Source: Bacteroidota bacterium (lineage in GTDB: Bacteria; Bacteroidota; Bacteroidia; JABEUT01). Taken from it: a stretch of DNA of 64,000 nucleotides. The notes below the pieces were generated by a model. That model ran no database searches. It saw nothing but the letters and a program-made list of their open reading frames with translations, and was not told the DNA's origin. The first letter of the stretch is position 1. Every line of letters starts with the position of its first letter. The stretch spans positions 43,628 through 107,627 of the forward strand of contig JAKAOA010000001.1 in NCBI GenBank assembly GCA_021823405.1, read 5' to 3'. Of this stretch, positions 29,428-39,060 are shown one piece after another. The position numbers and the translations under genes were made by a program.

Positions 29428-30266
29428 TTTCTTTCAAATATTTTAATTACAGCATTCAGCAGAATAATAAACACTACAAGTATTAATGAACCGCCCCATG
29501 CTATACGGTGCCAGTCGTTATATGGACTTGATGCATAAGTAAAAATCACCTTAGGTATGGTGTCCACGGGTTTACGGGGGTCAAAGATAAGTTCAGGATT
29601 TCCGAACGCCGTGAACAACAGGGGAGCCACCTCGCCAAAAATACGTGCGATACCGATAATACAACCTGTAAAAATACCGCCTAATCCGCCAGGTAATACA
29701 ATTTTCATGGTAGTTTTAAAATAGGAGGCGCCCAATGCCAGCGATGCTTCTTTTAAAGTGCGCGGGATAAGCACCAGAGTTTCTTCAGTGTTTTTTATGA
29801 TTGGAGGGAGCATCATTATGGCAAGGGCGATGCTACCTGAAAAGGCAGAAAATTTACCTGTCGGTTTTACTATCCATACATATATAATAATACCTATTAC
29901 TATGGAAGGTATGCCCTGCAATACATCTACCGCTACTGCGAGTCGTTCGGTTAGTTTTCTGCCTCTGTTTTCGGCAAGATAAATACCAACGGATACGCCA
30001 AGCGGAATTGCAATAACAGCCGCTATAGATACCACCATTATACTCCCCACTATAGCATTAAGAATACCGCCGCCCGTTTCCCCGACAGGTTTTGGGTTTT
30101 GACTGAATAATGCCCAGTTAATGCTTGAAATTCCCTCCTTGAATAAATAATAAAGTATAATGGTAACTACCAGAAGGCAGCTTATGGTAAGGCACCAGAT
30201 GAAAGCGGAGAATATCCGGTCTTTTGCACGTCTTCGTTTCAGCCCCTGAATATCCCGCGGCATCAT
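29409..30266 (-). CDS. pstA: Phosphate ABC transporter permease PstA
   Basis: 6 TM helices with an EAA-like loop. Operon position between pstC and pstB. Confidence 0.85.
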   Translation of the reverse strand: MMPRDIQGLKRRRAKDRIFSAFIWCLTISCLLVVTIILYYLFKEGISSINWALFSQNPKPVGETGGGILNAIVGSIMVVSIAAVIAIPLGVSVGIYLAENRGRKLTERLAVAVDVLQGIPSIVIGIIIYVWIVKPTGKFSAFSGSIALAIMMLPPIIKNTEETLVLIPRTLKEASLALGASYFKTTMKIVLPGGLGGIFTGCIIGIARIFGEVAPLLFTAFGNPELIFDPRKPVDTIPKVIFTYASSPYNDWHRIAWGGSLILVVFIILLNAVIKIFERKWRVQF

Positions 30267-31150
30267 AAGGAATAGCTTATTTTCTTTATTACTAACCTGC
30301 CCAGCAGGTTAATTATAGTGGTAATTATAAAAAGCATTAAACCGATTTCTATGAGCGAACTCAAATATACATCCCCTATGGCTTCGGTAAACTCATTAGC
30401 TATAACACTAGCCATAGTATATGCAGGACTGAATATATTCCGCGGCAATTCGGGTGAATTTCCTATTAAAATAGTTACTGCCATCGTTTCGCCCAGCGCC
30501 CTGCCCAGTGATAACAGGAACCCTGCTGAAATTCCCGAAATATTGGAAGGAAGAATAATTCTGGTAATTACTTCTGACCGAGTGCTTCCAAGGGCATACG
30601 CCGCTTCTTTTAAAGTTGTAGGAGTCATGCTTATTACCTGTCTCATAAGCGAAACCGAATAGGGAATAAGCATAATGGAAAGTACTATAGATGCCGTTAA
30701 TATGCCTACCCCGGGCGCAGGCATGTGCATTTTCAATTCAAATTTACCCACCAGCGGCGCAATAGTATATAATCCCCAAAAACCGTAAACTACCGTGGGG
30801 ATGGCAGCCAGTATTTCAATGGCGTTTCTGAAAATATCGGTAATAGCGCCTTTCGGGAAGTACTCGCCCAGGAAAAGAGCCGCAGCAATGGAAAACGGGA
30901 TTGAAATGAGAAGCGACAAAAAAGATGTAATAATAGTTCCTGCCAGAAAGGGGAGCATACCGAAGTGGTTTGCCACGGGGTCCCATGTTTTTCCCCACAA
31001 AAAGCCGATTCCATTGGCTTTAATGGCAGGCCATGACGAAACAGTAAGCGTAATAAAGAAAATAAGCAGCAATATCATGGTTAGAATTGATACAAAACTT
31101 AACCATCTTACAAAAATTTTATTTTCCAGTACCAGCCAGCGATTCTTCAT
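30263..31150 (-). CDS. pstC: Phosphate ABC transporter permease PstC
   Basis: 6 TM helices, conserved EAA..LG loop. 4-nt overlap with pstA. Confidence 0.85.
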   Translation of the reverse strand: MKNRWLVLENKIFVRWLSFVSILTMILLLIFFITLTVSSWPAIKANGIGFLWGKTWDPVANHFGMLPFLAGTIITSFLSLLISIPFSIAAALFLGEYFPKGAITDIFRNAIEILAAIPTVVYGFWGLYTIAPLVGKFELKMHMPAPGVGILTASIVLSIMLIPYSVSLMRQVISMTPTTLKEAAYALGSTRSEVITRIILPSNISGISAGFLLSLGRALGETMAVTILIGNSPELPRNIFSPAYTMASVIANEFTEAIGDVYLSSLIEIGLMLFIITTIINLLGRLVIKKISYSL

Positions 31151-31195
31151 CTTATCAAGGTGCGTTCCATTTCTTCAAATATATTTTGCAAAGGT

Positions 31196-31225
31196 AAAAA
31201 AAGGGAGCGCCCGCCGGCTCTCCCT
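31196..31225 (-). terminator. Intra-operon attenuating terminator between pstS and pstC
   Basis: On the minus strand the GC-rich hairpin AGGGAGAGCCGG...CGCTCCCT is followed by T7. Confidence 0.6.
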
Positions 31226-31288
31226 TTACCAAAACACAACCTCACATGAAAAAAAGCGGGCAGTGAGCACGTTAAAAACATACCGTGC

Positions 31289-32365
31289 CTATGGATTTTG
31301 CAACACCGGTTGTCCATCAAAGGTTACGGACTTAAGAATTGCTTCATCAGCGGCAACTGCCTTAGGCGGCAGCGGCGCGTATGTTAAAGGTTTAGCATAT
31401 TGTTGCCCGTCGTGTACCATCCACCACAGTTCTTTCAGGAGATTAGTCACCTTGTCCTTCGATCGGTCTCCATATTTTTGCTCCTTATAGAGTATTATCC
31501 AGGTAAAACTTGCAATAGGATACGCCTGGTCAACATTTGAGTTTGTTATACTTATACGGGTATCGGCGGGTATATCGCCGTTTGCGCACAAACTGGCGGA
31601 TTCAAGGGATGGCGTTATATAATTCCCTGCGGAATTCTTTACTTGTGCAAAAGGCATATTATTTTCAATGGCGTAAGCCAACTCTATATAACCTACCGCT
31701 CCGGGCGTTTGCTTTATTACACCGGCAACCCCTTCGTTGCCTTTACCGCCTAATTCACCATCTGGCCAATTTACCGAAGTGCCTTTACCAACTTTGCTTT
31801 GCCAATCGCTGCTGATTTTAGAGAGGTAATCGGTCCATATAAATGAAGTTCCACTGCCATCGCTCCGGTGTACTACAGTTATATCCTCATCGGGTAGCTG
31901 GGCATCGGGGTTTTCTGCCCTAATTTTATCATCGTTCCATTTGGTGATGGTTCTCAAATAAATTCCGGCGATAATATCGGGTGTTACCTTTAAAGTCGGG
32001 TTACCGGGCAGGTTGTAGCTTAATACTACCGCACCCACGCAGGTAGGGAATTCCACCAATGTCGCAGGGGCTTTACTTAATTGGTCATCGCTTAAGTAGG
32101 CATCTGATGCGCCAAAGTCCACTGTTTTATTCATGATCTGTTTTATGCCGCCGCCCGAGCCGATGGATTGATAGTTTGTCTGAATACTATCTAATTTCCC
32201 ATATTCGGAGAACATTTTAGAATAAAGCGGGTAAACGAAGGTAGAACCGGCTCCGAGCAATTGTCTGTCTTCGGGATTATTCTTATCGCCGCCGCCTGTA
32301 CATGAGGTAAAGCCAACAGATATAACGAGTAGTGCGGCAATTATTTTTGATTTTGTTGTTTTCAT
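31289..32365 (-). CDS. pstS: Phosphate-binding protein PstS (lipoprotein)
   Basis: Start placed at MKTTKSKIIAALLVISVGFTSC (signal + lipobox) rather than the longer ORF-track start. PBP fold with SGGSG and GSG phosphate-binding loops. Confidence 0.85.
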   Translation of the reverse strand: MKTTKSKIIAALLVISVGFTSCTGGGDKNNPEDRQLLGAGSTFVYPLYSKMFSEYGKLDSIQTNYQSIGSGGGIKQIMNKTVDFGASDAYLSDDQLSKAPATLVEFPTCVGAVVLSYNLPGNPTLKVTPDIIAGIYLRTITKWNDDKIRAENPDAQLPDEDITVVHRSDGSGTSFIWTDYLSKISSDWQSKVGKGTSVNWPDGELGGKGNEGVAGVIKQTPGAVGYIELAYAIENNMPFAQVKNSAGNYITPSLESASLCANGDIPADTRISITNSNVDQAYPIASFTWIILYKEQKYGDRSKDKVTNLLKELWWMVHDGQQYAKPLTYAPLPPKAVAADEAILKSVTFDGQPVLQNP

Positions 32366-32395
32366 ATATATCCTATTTTGAGTATTGATGTTGAA

Positions 32396-32429
32396 TTTAA
32401 AAAAAGTTATGGGCAGTTCGCCCATAACT
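32396..32429 (-). terminator. Rho-independent terminator between the porin gene and pstS
   Basis: On the minus strand AGTTATGGGC-gaact-GCCCATAACT (perfect 10 bp stem) is followed by T7. Confidence 0.8.
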
Positions 32430-32439
32430 TTCTATTTAT

Positions 32440-33975
32440 TTAGAATGCGAAGAGGAAGGTTACACGGTAAAGTATATAGGAATCGCTGCCCAGATTGCCT
32501 GAACCGAATCCGTTTTTGATACCATAATACCAAACATTAGGCATGATATGATATTTCTTGTCTTTGGTAGGTGTCCAGTCAACTCCGGCATTGATGAAGG
32601 TTTCGGTATATGTATTCTGCCCCGATGCCAGATTAGGCGCCATGCTTAAAAACGTTTCATTCGGACGGTTATTGATTACGCTGCTGTTATCTAAACTTGT
32701 CAGATTACTGTTTGGATTGTAATTATAGCTATAATTAACATCCGGATTGAACAAATCGAATCTGGCAAAAAGGTTTAGGCAATTTTGAATAATGGTAGCA
32801 TGGGCAAAAATGGATAGCGCAGATTCCCCTCCATTGGCGGTATCTACTATTGGTTTTCCCGGATTTGCAGCATTCCATATTGTTTCTACCTCACCGTTAA
32901 TATATGTTTGTCTGTCATATTCAAAGCCGACGCCGAACCATTTGGAATTATATACGGCATATCCCTTAAGTGTATACTGGGCGTGCTGGTATCCCTTTGA
33001 TGTGCCATAATAGAAGTTGCCATAGTTTATATAGTCGCCATAACCACCGATAGTGAGAGCTCCGTTTAAAGTATTGAAAAACACATGAAGACGGAACTTT
33101 TTAGCTGCATCAGTGGTATAGTTGTAAGGGTTTAGCAGTATTGAACCGCTGGGGCTTAATGAAGAACCGGCTAAGGTTTGAGCAATTGCATTAGTGAAAC
33201 CCGGAACAGGAGAATTCGCCGCATTATCGCCTATCATGAAGCTATAGCCAAAAAAAGAAGGAAATTTGGTTGAATCCGCTCCTTTAAAAGAAGCGATTTT
33301 ACCGCCGAGATAAACTCCCATGTCCGATGAAGCGTCCATACCGTGTATATCAAGTATTGTCTTTTCTACGGAACGATAAGTACAAAGGGGCTCTGTATTG
33401 TATGGGTCGGCGAAGGAATTGGTTGCCATTTGTCCTACTTTAAGGTCGCTGCCTTTAAATATATTACGGTACTGGATATAAGCGTATTTCATGTACATAA
33501 CGCGGTTATCATTCACGTCCTGATCACCTTCGTAAGCCAATAACACGCATCCGCTTAATCTACTGTTAGGGTGATAATCGTAGCCCAGATACGCCCTTCG
33601 GATTTCCATCGCGTTGGGGTGGGTGGTCTGTGCTGTTTTTGCCCCATTAGGGGCGCCGCCCGCATTAGGGGTTCCTACTCCCTTGTATTGTTGCTTTGTT
33701 CCTCTGCCGGCCGAGTCGCCTTGCTGCATCCAGGCATAGTCGCCGAATACGTAACCCCAGAGCCCGCCGTTTTTATTCTGCGACAAGCCCATTCCGTTCG
33801 TCAGCTCCGAGATGGCATTATTGGACAGTTGACTTGGGTTTGCCGGGGCAGGAGCCGTTACCTGGTCTTGCGCAATAGTCAGCTGGCAGGTAAGAAGTGA
33901 AAAACCAAGGATTACCATAGTTTTAACAGCTTTCCTTGTTACATTTTGAATTTTTGTAATTTGCTTTGTTTTCAT
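32440..33975 (-). CDS. Outer-membrane beta-barrel porin, putatively phosphate-selective (OprO/P-like role)
   Basis: Signal peptide, amphipathic beta-strand pattern, C-terminal ...FLFAF (terminal Phe), Gly/Asn/Tyr-rich. Located at the head of the pst locus under the candidate Pho box. Confidence 0.5.
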   Translation of the reverse strand: MKTKQITKIQNVTRKAVKTMVILGFSLLTCQLTIAQDQVTAPAPANPSQLSNNAISELTNGMGLSQNKNGGLWGYVFGDYAWMQQGDSAGRGTKQQYKGVGTPNAGGAPNGAKTAQTTHPNAMEIRRAYLGYDYHPNSRLSGCVLLAYEGDQDVNDNRVMYMKYAYIQYRNIFKGSDLKVGQMATNSFADPYNTEPLCTYRSVEKTILDIHGMDASSDMGVYLGGKIASFKGADSTKFPSFFGYSFMIGDNAANSPVPGFTNAIAQTLAGSSLSPSGSILLNPYNYTTDAAKKFRLHVFFNTLNGALTIGGYGDYINYGNFYYGTSKGYQHAQYTLKGYAVYNSKWFGVGFEYDRQTYINGEVETIWNAANPGKPIVDTANGGESALSIFAHATIIQNCLNLFARFDLFNPDVNYSYNYNPNSNLTSLDNSSVINNRPNETFLSMAPNLASGQNTYTETFINAGVDWTPTKDKKYHIMPNVWYYGIKNGFGSGNLGSDSYILYRVTFLFAF

Positions 33976-34070
33976 AAATTAAATGGTTTTGGTTTATGAT
34001 TCTGCCCGGTTTGTTATTTTTTCGGACGGTGCAAAAGTGAAGGTTGAACATTTGGTAAATATGATGCAAA

Positions 34071-34119
34071 TGTTAAGGAATTGTTAAGCATTTTCAGGTA
34101 TAGTTAAGTATTTGTTATG
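34071..34119. promoter_or_regulatory. Candidate Pho-box-like operator: TGTTAAG direct repeats on an 11-bp register in the porin-pst / phoB divergent promoter
   Basis: TGTTAAG (34071-34077), gaat spacer, TGTTAAG (34082-34088), then aGTTAAG (34102-34108) and TGTTAtG (34113-34119). A 7+4 architecture as for PhoB boxes. Confidence 0.4.
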
Positions 34120-34181
34120 ACTAAATTTTGTTGCTTATTTAACCTAACTTTGCAGCCAGTTGTAAATTAGAATTCTAAAGC

Positions 34182-34862
34182 ATGGATAAAATCAAAATAT
34201 TATTGGCAGACGACGAACCGGATGTACTGGATTTTCTAACCTTTAACCTTCAAAGGGAGGGATATGAGGTAGTTACAGCCATCAATGGCAGAGAAGCCAT
34301 AAAACTTGCAAAAAAGGAAACGCCTAATCTGATAATTCTGGATGTGATGATGCCCGAAATGGACGGCATTGAGGCATGCAAAGAACTGCGCACGATGCCC
34401 GAATGCAAAAATGCACATATCATTTTCCTTACAGCGCGTACCGAAGATTATTCCCAGATTGCAGGACTGGATTCAGGCGCCGATGACTATGTTTCAAAGC
34501 CAATAAAACCTCGGGTTCTGATAAGCCGTATAAATGCGCTGATGCGCCGAAAGAACACTGAAGAAGAGCCATCAGGCATAATTGATATCGGCGGCGGAAT
34601 GACGATTGATAAAGCGGGATACCAAGTAAAAATAAACGGCGCTCAACTTTCACTTCCGCGTAAGGAATTTGAGTTGCTGAATCTCCTTGCCTCAAAGCCG
34701 GGTAAGGTATTCAGCCGTGATGATATATTACACAAAATCTGGGGCGAGGATGTAGTTGTAGGCGACCGTACCATTGACGTTCATATTCGTAAATTGAGAC
34801 AGAAACTGGGAGAAGAGAAAATAAAGACCATAAAAGGCATCGGTTATAAATTTGAATTCTGA
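34182..34862 (+). CDS. phoB: OmpR/PhoB-family response regulator
   Basis: Receiver (LLADDEPD...IILDVMMPEMDG) plus winged-helix trans_reg_C. Adjacent to pst and followed by a histidine kinase. Confidence 0.75.
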   Translation: MDKIKILLADDEPDVLDFLTFNLQREGYEVVTAINGREAIKLAKKETPNLIILDVMMPEMDGIEACKELRTMPECKNAHIIFLTARTEDYSQIAGLDSGADDYVSKPIKPRVLISRINALMRRKNTEEEPSGIIDIGGGMTIDKAGYQVKINGAQLSLPRKEFELLNLLASKPGKVFSRDDILHKIWGEDVVVGDRTIDVHIRKLRQKLGEEKIKTIKGIGYKFEF

Positions 34863-34946
34863 AGGTCAATCACCAACCTTCTCTATTTATGCTGCCCGTA
34901 TGAGATTTTACAACCGTGTGCCACCTTGGCTATAACGGTTGCGCAA

Positions 34947-35037
34947 AGCAAAATACCTATATGAGCAGTTATACCGATGCTATGAATTTGAGAATTTTAA
35001 CAACCCGATGCTATCGGGTTCAATTGCAGTCGGTATA
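34947..35037. repeat. Long (~91 bp) form of the REP/MITE-like element (palindrome core 35002-35020) between phoB and phoR
   Basis: Aligns base-for-base with 46417-46507 (gcaaaatac...tgaatttg...caacccgat(a)gctatcgggttcaattg..gtcggtata). Confidence 0.75.
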
Positions 35038-35155
35038 CCTAACGTAATTCCATACCATTTTTAAATGTTTACTGCAACTATTGTTGAACGCATTTGTATT
35101 GATTACTGTGTAATATTTTCTATTTTAGTATCTTAGCTCTCCATAGAATACAGCT

Positions 35156-36169
35156 TTGAAAAAGGACTCTATCATTTTCTCCGTCGGATGTGCCCTGCTT
35201 ATTACAGGCATTACCTATTTTATTTCCATTCTATTACCCGCCCGATTACATCCGCACCCGATTTGGTTTGCCGCATTATCCGCGATAAGTATTGTTGCCG
35301 CCACAGTTGCATATAATATTATGGTCAGCAGGAAAATAAAGCGAATTATAGAAATTGTTACAGGCGAAAATGATTTAAACAATGCATCACTCGGCGTTCT
35401 TGAAGAATCAATCCGCAAGTTACTCCGCGAAAGAAAGGATGAACTTGAGAAAATACAAAAACTTGAAAGGCACAGACGAGAGTATCTTGGAAATATTTCA
35501 CATGAAATGAAAACCCCGTTATTTCATATACAGGGGTATGTTTCTACCCTTGCCGAGAATAATATAGACGACCCTGCCATGGTAAAAAGATACCTCGAAA
35601 GAACAGGTAAGAGTATAGAACGCCTTATCCATATTCTGGAAGACCTTGATACAATTTCACAGCTTGAAAGTGAAGAGATAAAGAGTGAAATGGAACCATT
35701 CGATATTGTAGAGCTGTGCCGTGAGGCGCTCGAATCGGAAGAGACGAATGCTCTTAAAAAAAATATTGCGCTTATTCTGATGAACGAAAACGGAAAAATG
35801 GCAGTTAACGGAGATAGGTTTCGTATCAGACAAGTGCTGGTAAATCTTGTGGTAAACTCTATTCGATATGGGAAGAAGGATGGCGAAACCCGGATTCGTC
35901 TTAAGGACGATGGCGATTCGGTACTGGTGGAGGTTGCCGATAACGGCATAGGCATAGCGCCAGAACATCTTCCTCGGCTCTTTGAGCGCTTTTACAGAGT
36001 AGATAAAGACCGCTCAAGACAACATGGAGGCACAGGGCTGGGCTTATCAATTGTAAAACATATTCTCGAAGCGCATCATCAGACCATTCAAGTAATGAGC
36101 ACTCCCGGGGTAGGTTCGGTATTTTTCTTCCATCTGAAAAAAGCCCCACATTACAGCAGCTTCAGTTAG
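35156..36169 (+). CDS. phoR: Sensor histidine kinase (PhoR-like)
   Basis: Two N-terminal TM helices, H-box SHEMKTPL, N/G1/G2 boxes (DNGIGI, GGTGLGLSIV). Confidence 0.75.
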   Translation: MKKDSIIFSVGCALLITGITYFISILLPARLHPHPIWFAALSAISIVAATVAYNIMVSRKIKRIIEIVTGENDLNNASLGVLEESIRKLLRERKDELEKIQKLERHRREYLGNISHEMKTPLFHIQGYVSTLAENNIDDPAMVKRYLERTGKSIERLIHILEDLDTISQLESEEIKSEMEPFDIVELCREALESEETNALKKNIALILMNENGKMAVNGDRFRIRQVLVNLVVNSIRYGKKDGETRIRLKDDGDSVLVEVADNGIGIAPEHLPRLFERFYRVDKDRSRQHGGTGLGLSIVKHILEAHHQTIQVMSTPGVGSVFFFHLKKAPHYSSFS

Positions 36170-36241
36170 CCGTATGCTATCATTGAATATCATCGAGTCG
36201 GCATGGTGTAAACCTTAAAATGATAAGCAACTTCCCCCCAC

Positions 36242-36961
36242 TTATTTATTGTAGAACATTCTCTCCTTGAATTTTGCCCTGTAAACCATTCCAAGGGTAA
36301 TCTGTTTCGGTTTCCCATCCTCGGCTGTTATCCCTTTAAGGGTGAGCAGGTCATACTCTACTTCATGCACCGCTTCAAGAGATACCGCTTGCGATTTGTT
36401 AACTTGAATCAGGGATGGGGAATTGGCAGTGAGCAAATCCATCTTACAATTCATAAGCGTATATTTCTCGCCGTTTTTCAACCACACCTGTTTGTTGCGC
36501 GGGTCAATTTCATCGGTCGATACAAATATAATATCAACCAGCCGGATATTAACTTTCCTTCGCGACTCCGCTACATTGAATAACTCATATTCCTTTTTTT
36601 CGACCAGCAGTTCATGCGCCTTTTGAAATGCTTTGTAAAGCCGATCCTTCATTATAGGTTTGGTTACTATATCAATGGGTGAAATATCGATGGCATCTCT
36701 GAATTTGTGATCTGTGCCGGAGATGAAAATGACCGGCTTATCGTTCAGTACCTGCGCGAGTGTAGTTCCATCTATACCCGGCATCTGAATATCCAACAGA
36801 CATAAATCAAAAATGAGCTCCGGAGCTTGTTTCAAAAATTCGGTTGGGTCGGTAAAAGTATCCTTCACTTCAACTATCGGCGACTCTTTACATAGCTGGA
36901 GCAATGAAGAAAGAAAGTATTCATCATCATCTACCGCTACTGTCCGTAATTTTTTTATCAT
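36242..36961 (-). CDS. LytTR-family response regulator (receiver + LytTR DNA-binding domain)
   Basis: Receiver with DDDE acidic pocket and LLDIQMPGIDG. C-terminal LytTR-like domain. No cognate kinase in the operon. Confidence 0.7.
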   Translation of the reverse strand: MIKKLRTVAVDDDEYFLSSLLQLCKESPIVEVKDTFTDPTEFLKQAPELIFDLCLLDIQMPGIDGTTLAQVLNDKPVIFISGTDHKFRDAIDISPIDIVTKPIMKDRLYKAFQKAHELLVEKKEYELFNVAESRRKVNIRLVDIIFVSTDEIDPRNKQVWLKNGEKYTLMNCKMDLLTANSPSLIQVNKSQAVSLEAVHEVEYDLLTLKGITAEDGKPKQITLGMVYRAKFKERMFYNK

Positions 36962-37067
36962 TTTATAATATTGCGAATGGCTTCCTGCATTTATTAAAGC
37001 GGTAATTGTTCGCTAAGAACATATATAGTGCAAATCAGGGGTACGGGATTCTGAAATTCGTTTGAAT

Positions 37068-37745
37068 TTACTTTAAAGTACTACCGGCTATTCCGAAATA
37101 AAACAGTACCGGAAACGATGAAAAACCAAGCCAGATAAAAACTGCGAACCCTCTGGAGGCCATTTCCCAAAAGGATTCATAGCTTTTATTATTAAAGCCG
37201 AGCGTGTGAATGGCAGAGCGCAAGGCGTGACTTAAATGAAAGGCAAGAAATGTTACGCCAATTATATACAAACCTGCGTAAAGCGGATTTTGAAAAGCAT
37301 CCTTAACCATATCTGCAAGCTTAACTCCGGCGGGTAAGCCGGTAATACGGTAGGGTAAAAAAAACTGATACAGGTGTCCGATAATAAAAAACAGGACAAA
37401 TGAACCGGTAATACCCATGTTACGCGAAAACCACGATGCGCCGCCAGAAGTAGATGACGCCTGATACTTAACAGGCCGCGCTTTGCTATTTTGTGCAGTC
37501 AGTTGCACAGCAGTAAAAACGTGTATCAGAATCGCCGCAAAAAGAAAAATCTCTATTACGCGTATGATGATATTGTGAACCGCTGAATGAGAATAGTCGT
37601 TGAACGCGACTCCCTGGTCGTTGAAGTAGAGTAACAGGTTGCCATACAAATGCTCGAGAAGAAAAACAATCAGGAACAATCCGGTGCAAGCCATTACCAA
37701 TTTTCTGCCAATGGAAGAAGTAAATGTGACCTTAAGCGTATTCAT
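37068..37745 (-). CDS. Succinate dehydrogenase/fumarate reductase cytochrome b subunit, b558 family (SdhC-like), orphan
   Basis: 5 TM helices. SSIGRKLVMACTGLFLIVFLLEHLYGNL N-terminus and a conserved His pattern (EHL, LIHVF, IGHLYQF, LAFHLSHAL) match the Bacillus/Bacteroides-type SdhC. Confidence 0.6.
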   Translation of the reverse strand: MNTLKVTFTSSIGRKLVMACTGLFLIVFLLEHLYGNLLLYFNDQGVAFNDYSHSAVHNIIIRVIEIFLFAAILIHVFTAVQLTAQNSKARPVKYQASSTSGGASWFSRNMGITGSFVLFFIIGHLYQFFLPYRITGLPAGVKLADMVKDAFQNPLYAGLYIIGVTFLAFHLSHALRSAIHTLGFNNKSYESFWEMASRGFAVFIWLGFSSFPVLFYFGIAGSTLK

Positions 37746-38012
37746 GTTTTATAGGGATAAAAATTAGATTTCAGGTCGTAATTCGGGTTCAAATTTATGG
37801 TTTTTTACTGATTCGAAGGGCAAAATAAAAAGTCATTCTACCTGGAATGTGCCATAGCTCTGCATTATCAATCTAATCATCTCAAGCTATGCTATAAATA
37901 GCTGATAGCAAGCATTTAACAAAATTAATAAAAGATTTTTGCCATTCTGATTTGGAAATTCATTAAACATTTATAATTTTGTAAGGTCAAAATCATAAAT
38001 AAACCTAATATT

Positions 38013-38912
38013 ATGAAAATCAAACGTTATTTAATTATTGCCGGATTTGGTCTGGCTCTTACCGGTATTACATTCATGGGCTGTAAAAAAAATGATACCA
38101 CAACCAGTTCACCCACTGACATTACAGCAGCCGAAGATGATAACAATGCCACTTTTGCCATTCAGGACTCTAAAAATATTGCCGATGGCGCAGCAAAATC
38201 AAAAGCCGTAGAACGCGTTATGAAATCTCCGTGCGCCACCTGGTCATTACATAAGGATACCATAAATCACACCAGCGATTCGTTACTGGACATTAGTTTT
38301 GGCAATACGCCCTGCCAGTGTCTTGATAACAGATATAGAGCCGGACATATACTTGTATGGTATGCCGGAATACATTGCTTCACCACTAACGGCGATTCAA
38401 CGGTAATGGGCTTTAGTAATTATAGTTTTGGCAATTCCCCAAGCAGTATGATTGGCGTAACCGGTACCAGAACCTTAATAAACCTTAGTAAAGATACCGG
38501 TAACGGTTTATATTCCTGGAAGTTCCATGCCTCGCTTACTTTAACTTACCCCGGCAACGGCGGTACGGCAACCTGGAATTCAACCCGCAATATAACACTC
38601 ACTCCATTTAATGGTACAAACTATTTTGTAGTTACGGGAAGTGCGAACGGTAGATGCAGAAGTGGCGCTAATTATAATATTACAATAAATAATAATTATC
38701 CTCTTTATGTACAACCGCCCGTATACTCGAATTATATCTATCAGTCAACTCCATGCTATTTTATTGAGGCAGGCGAGCTTAGCATAACTGTCTCCACCTT
38801 TAGCTACCCCATATATGTAAGTTTTGGCAGCGGGGGTAATATGCCGCCTGTATGCGAAAATAGCGCAACAGCAACCATTAACGGTATATCGTACCAGTTT
38901 ACTCAACCGTAA
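38013..38912 (+). CDS. Hypothetical lipoprotein
   Basis: Signal peptide plus lipobox (FMGC). Ser/Thr/Asn/Gly-rich, Cys-containing mature domain. Terminator downstream. Confidence 0.45.
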   Translation: MKIKRYLIIAGFGLALTGITFMGCKKNDTTTSSPTDITAAEDDNNATFAIQDSKNIADGAAKSKAVERVMKSPCATWSLHKDTINHTSDSLLDISFGNTPCQCLDNRYRAGHILVWYAGIHCFTTNGDSTVMGFSNYSFGNSPSSMIGVTGTRTLINLSKDTGNGLYSWKFHASLTLTYPGNGGTATWNSTRNITLTPFNGTNYFVVTGSANGRCRSGANYNITINNNYPLYVQPPVYSNYIYQSTPCYFIEAGELSITVSTFSYPIYVSFGSGGNMPPVCENSATATINGISYQFTQP

Positions 38913-38955
38913 TACCCAAGTTCGGGTAATGGACAGTCATGAAAATAATAATAGA

Positions 38956-38990
38956 AGGGTTGCTTTTAGGCAACCCTTTTTTATTTTTTT
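38956..38990 (+). terminator. Rho-independent terminator (AGGGTTGC-ttttag-GCAACCCT + T-tract)
   Basis: Perfect 8 bp stem followed by a T-rich run. Confidence 0.8.
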
Positions 38991-39060
38991 CCGATTTTTG
39001 CATTACGGAGGAGTACCGATACTGTAAATGCGGGTTGCAGTTAATTTTCAGGATAAAAAT

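Noticed and set aside
37068-37745. Interpreting the SdhC-like gene as the start of a normal sdhCAB operon
   Set aside because: The next gene on the same strand is a LytTR response regulator, and no flavoprotein or iron-sulfur subunit genes are present anywhere in the window. It is therefore reported as an orphan.
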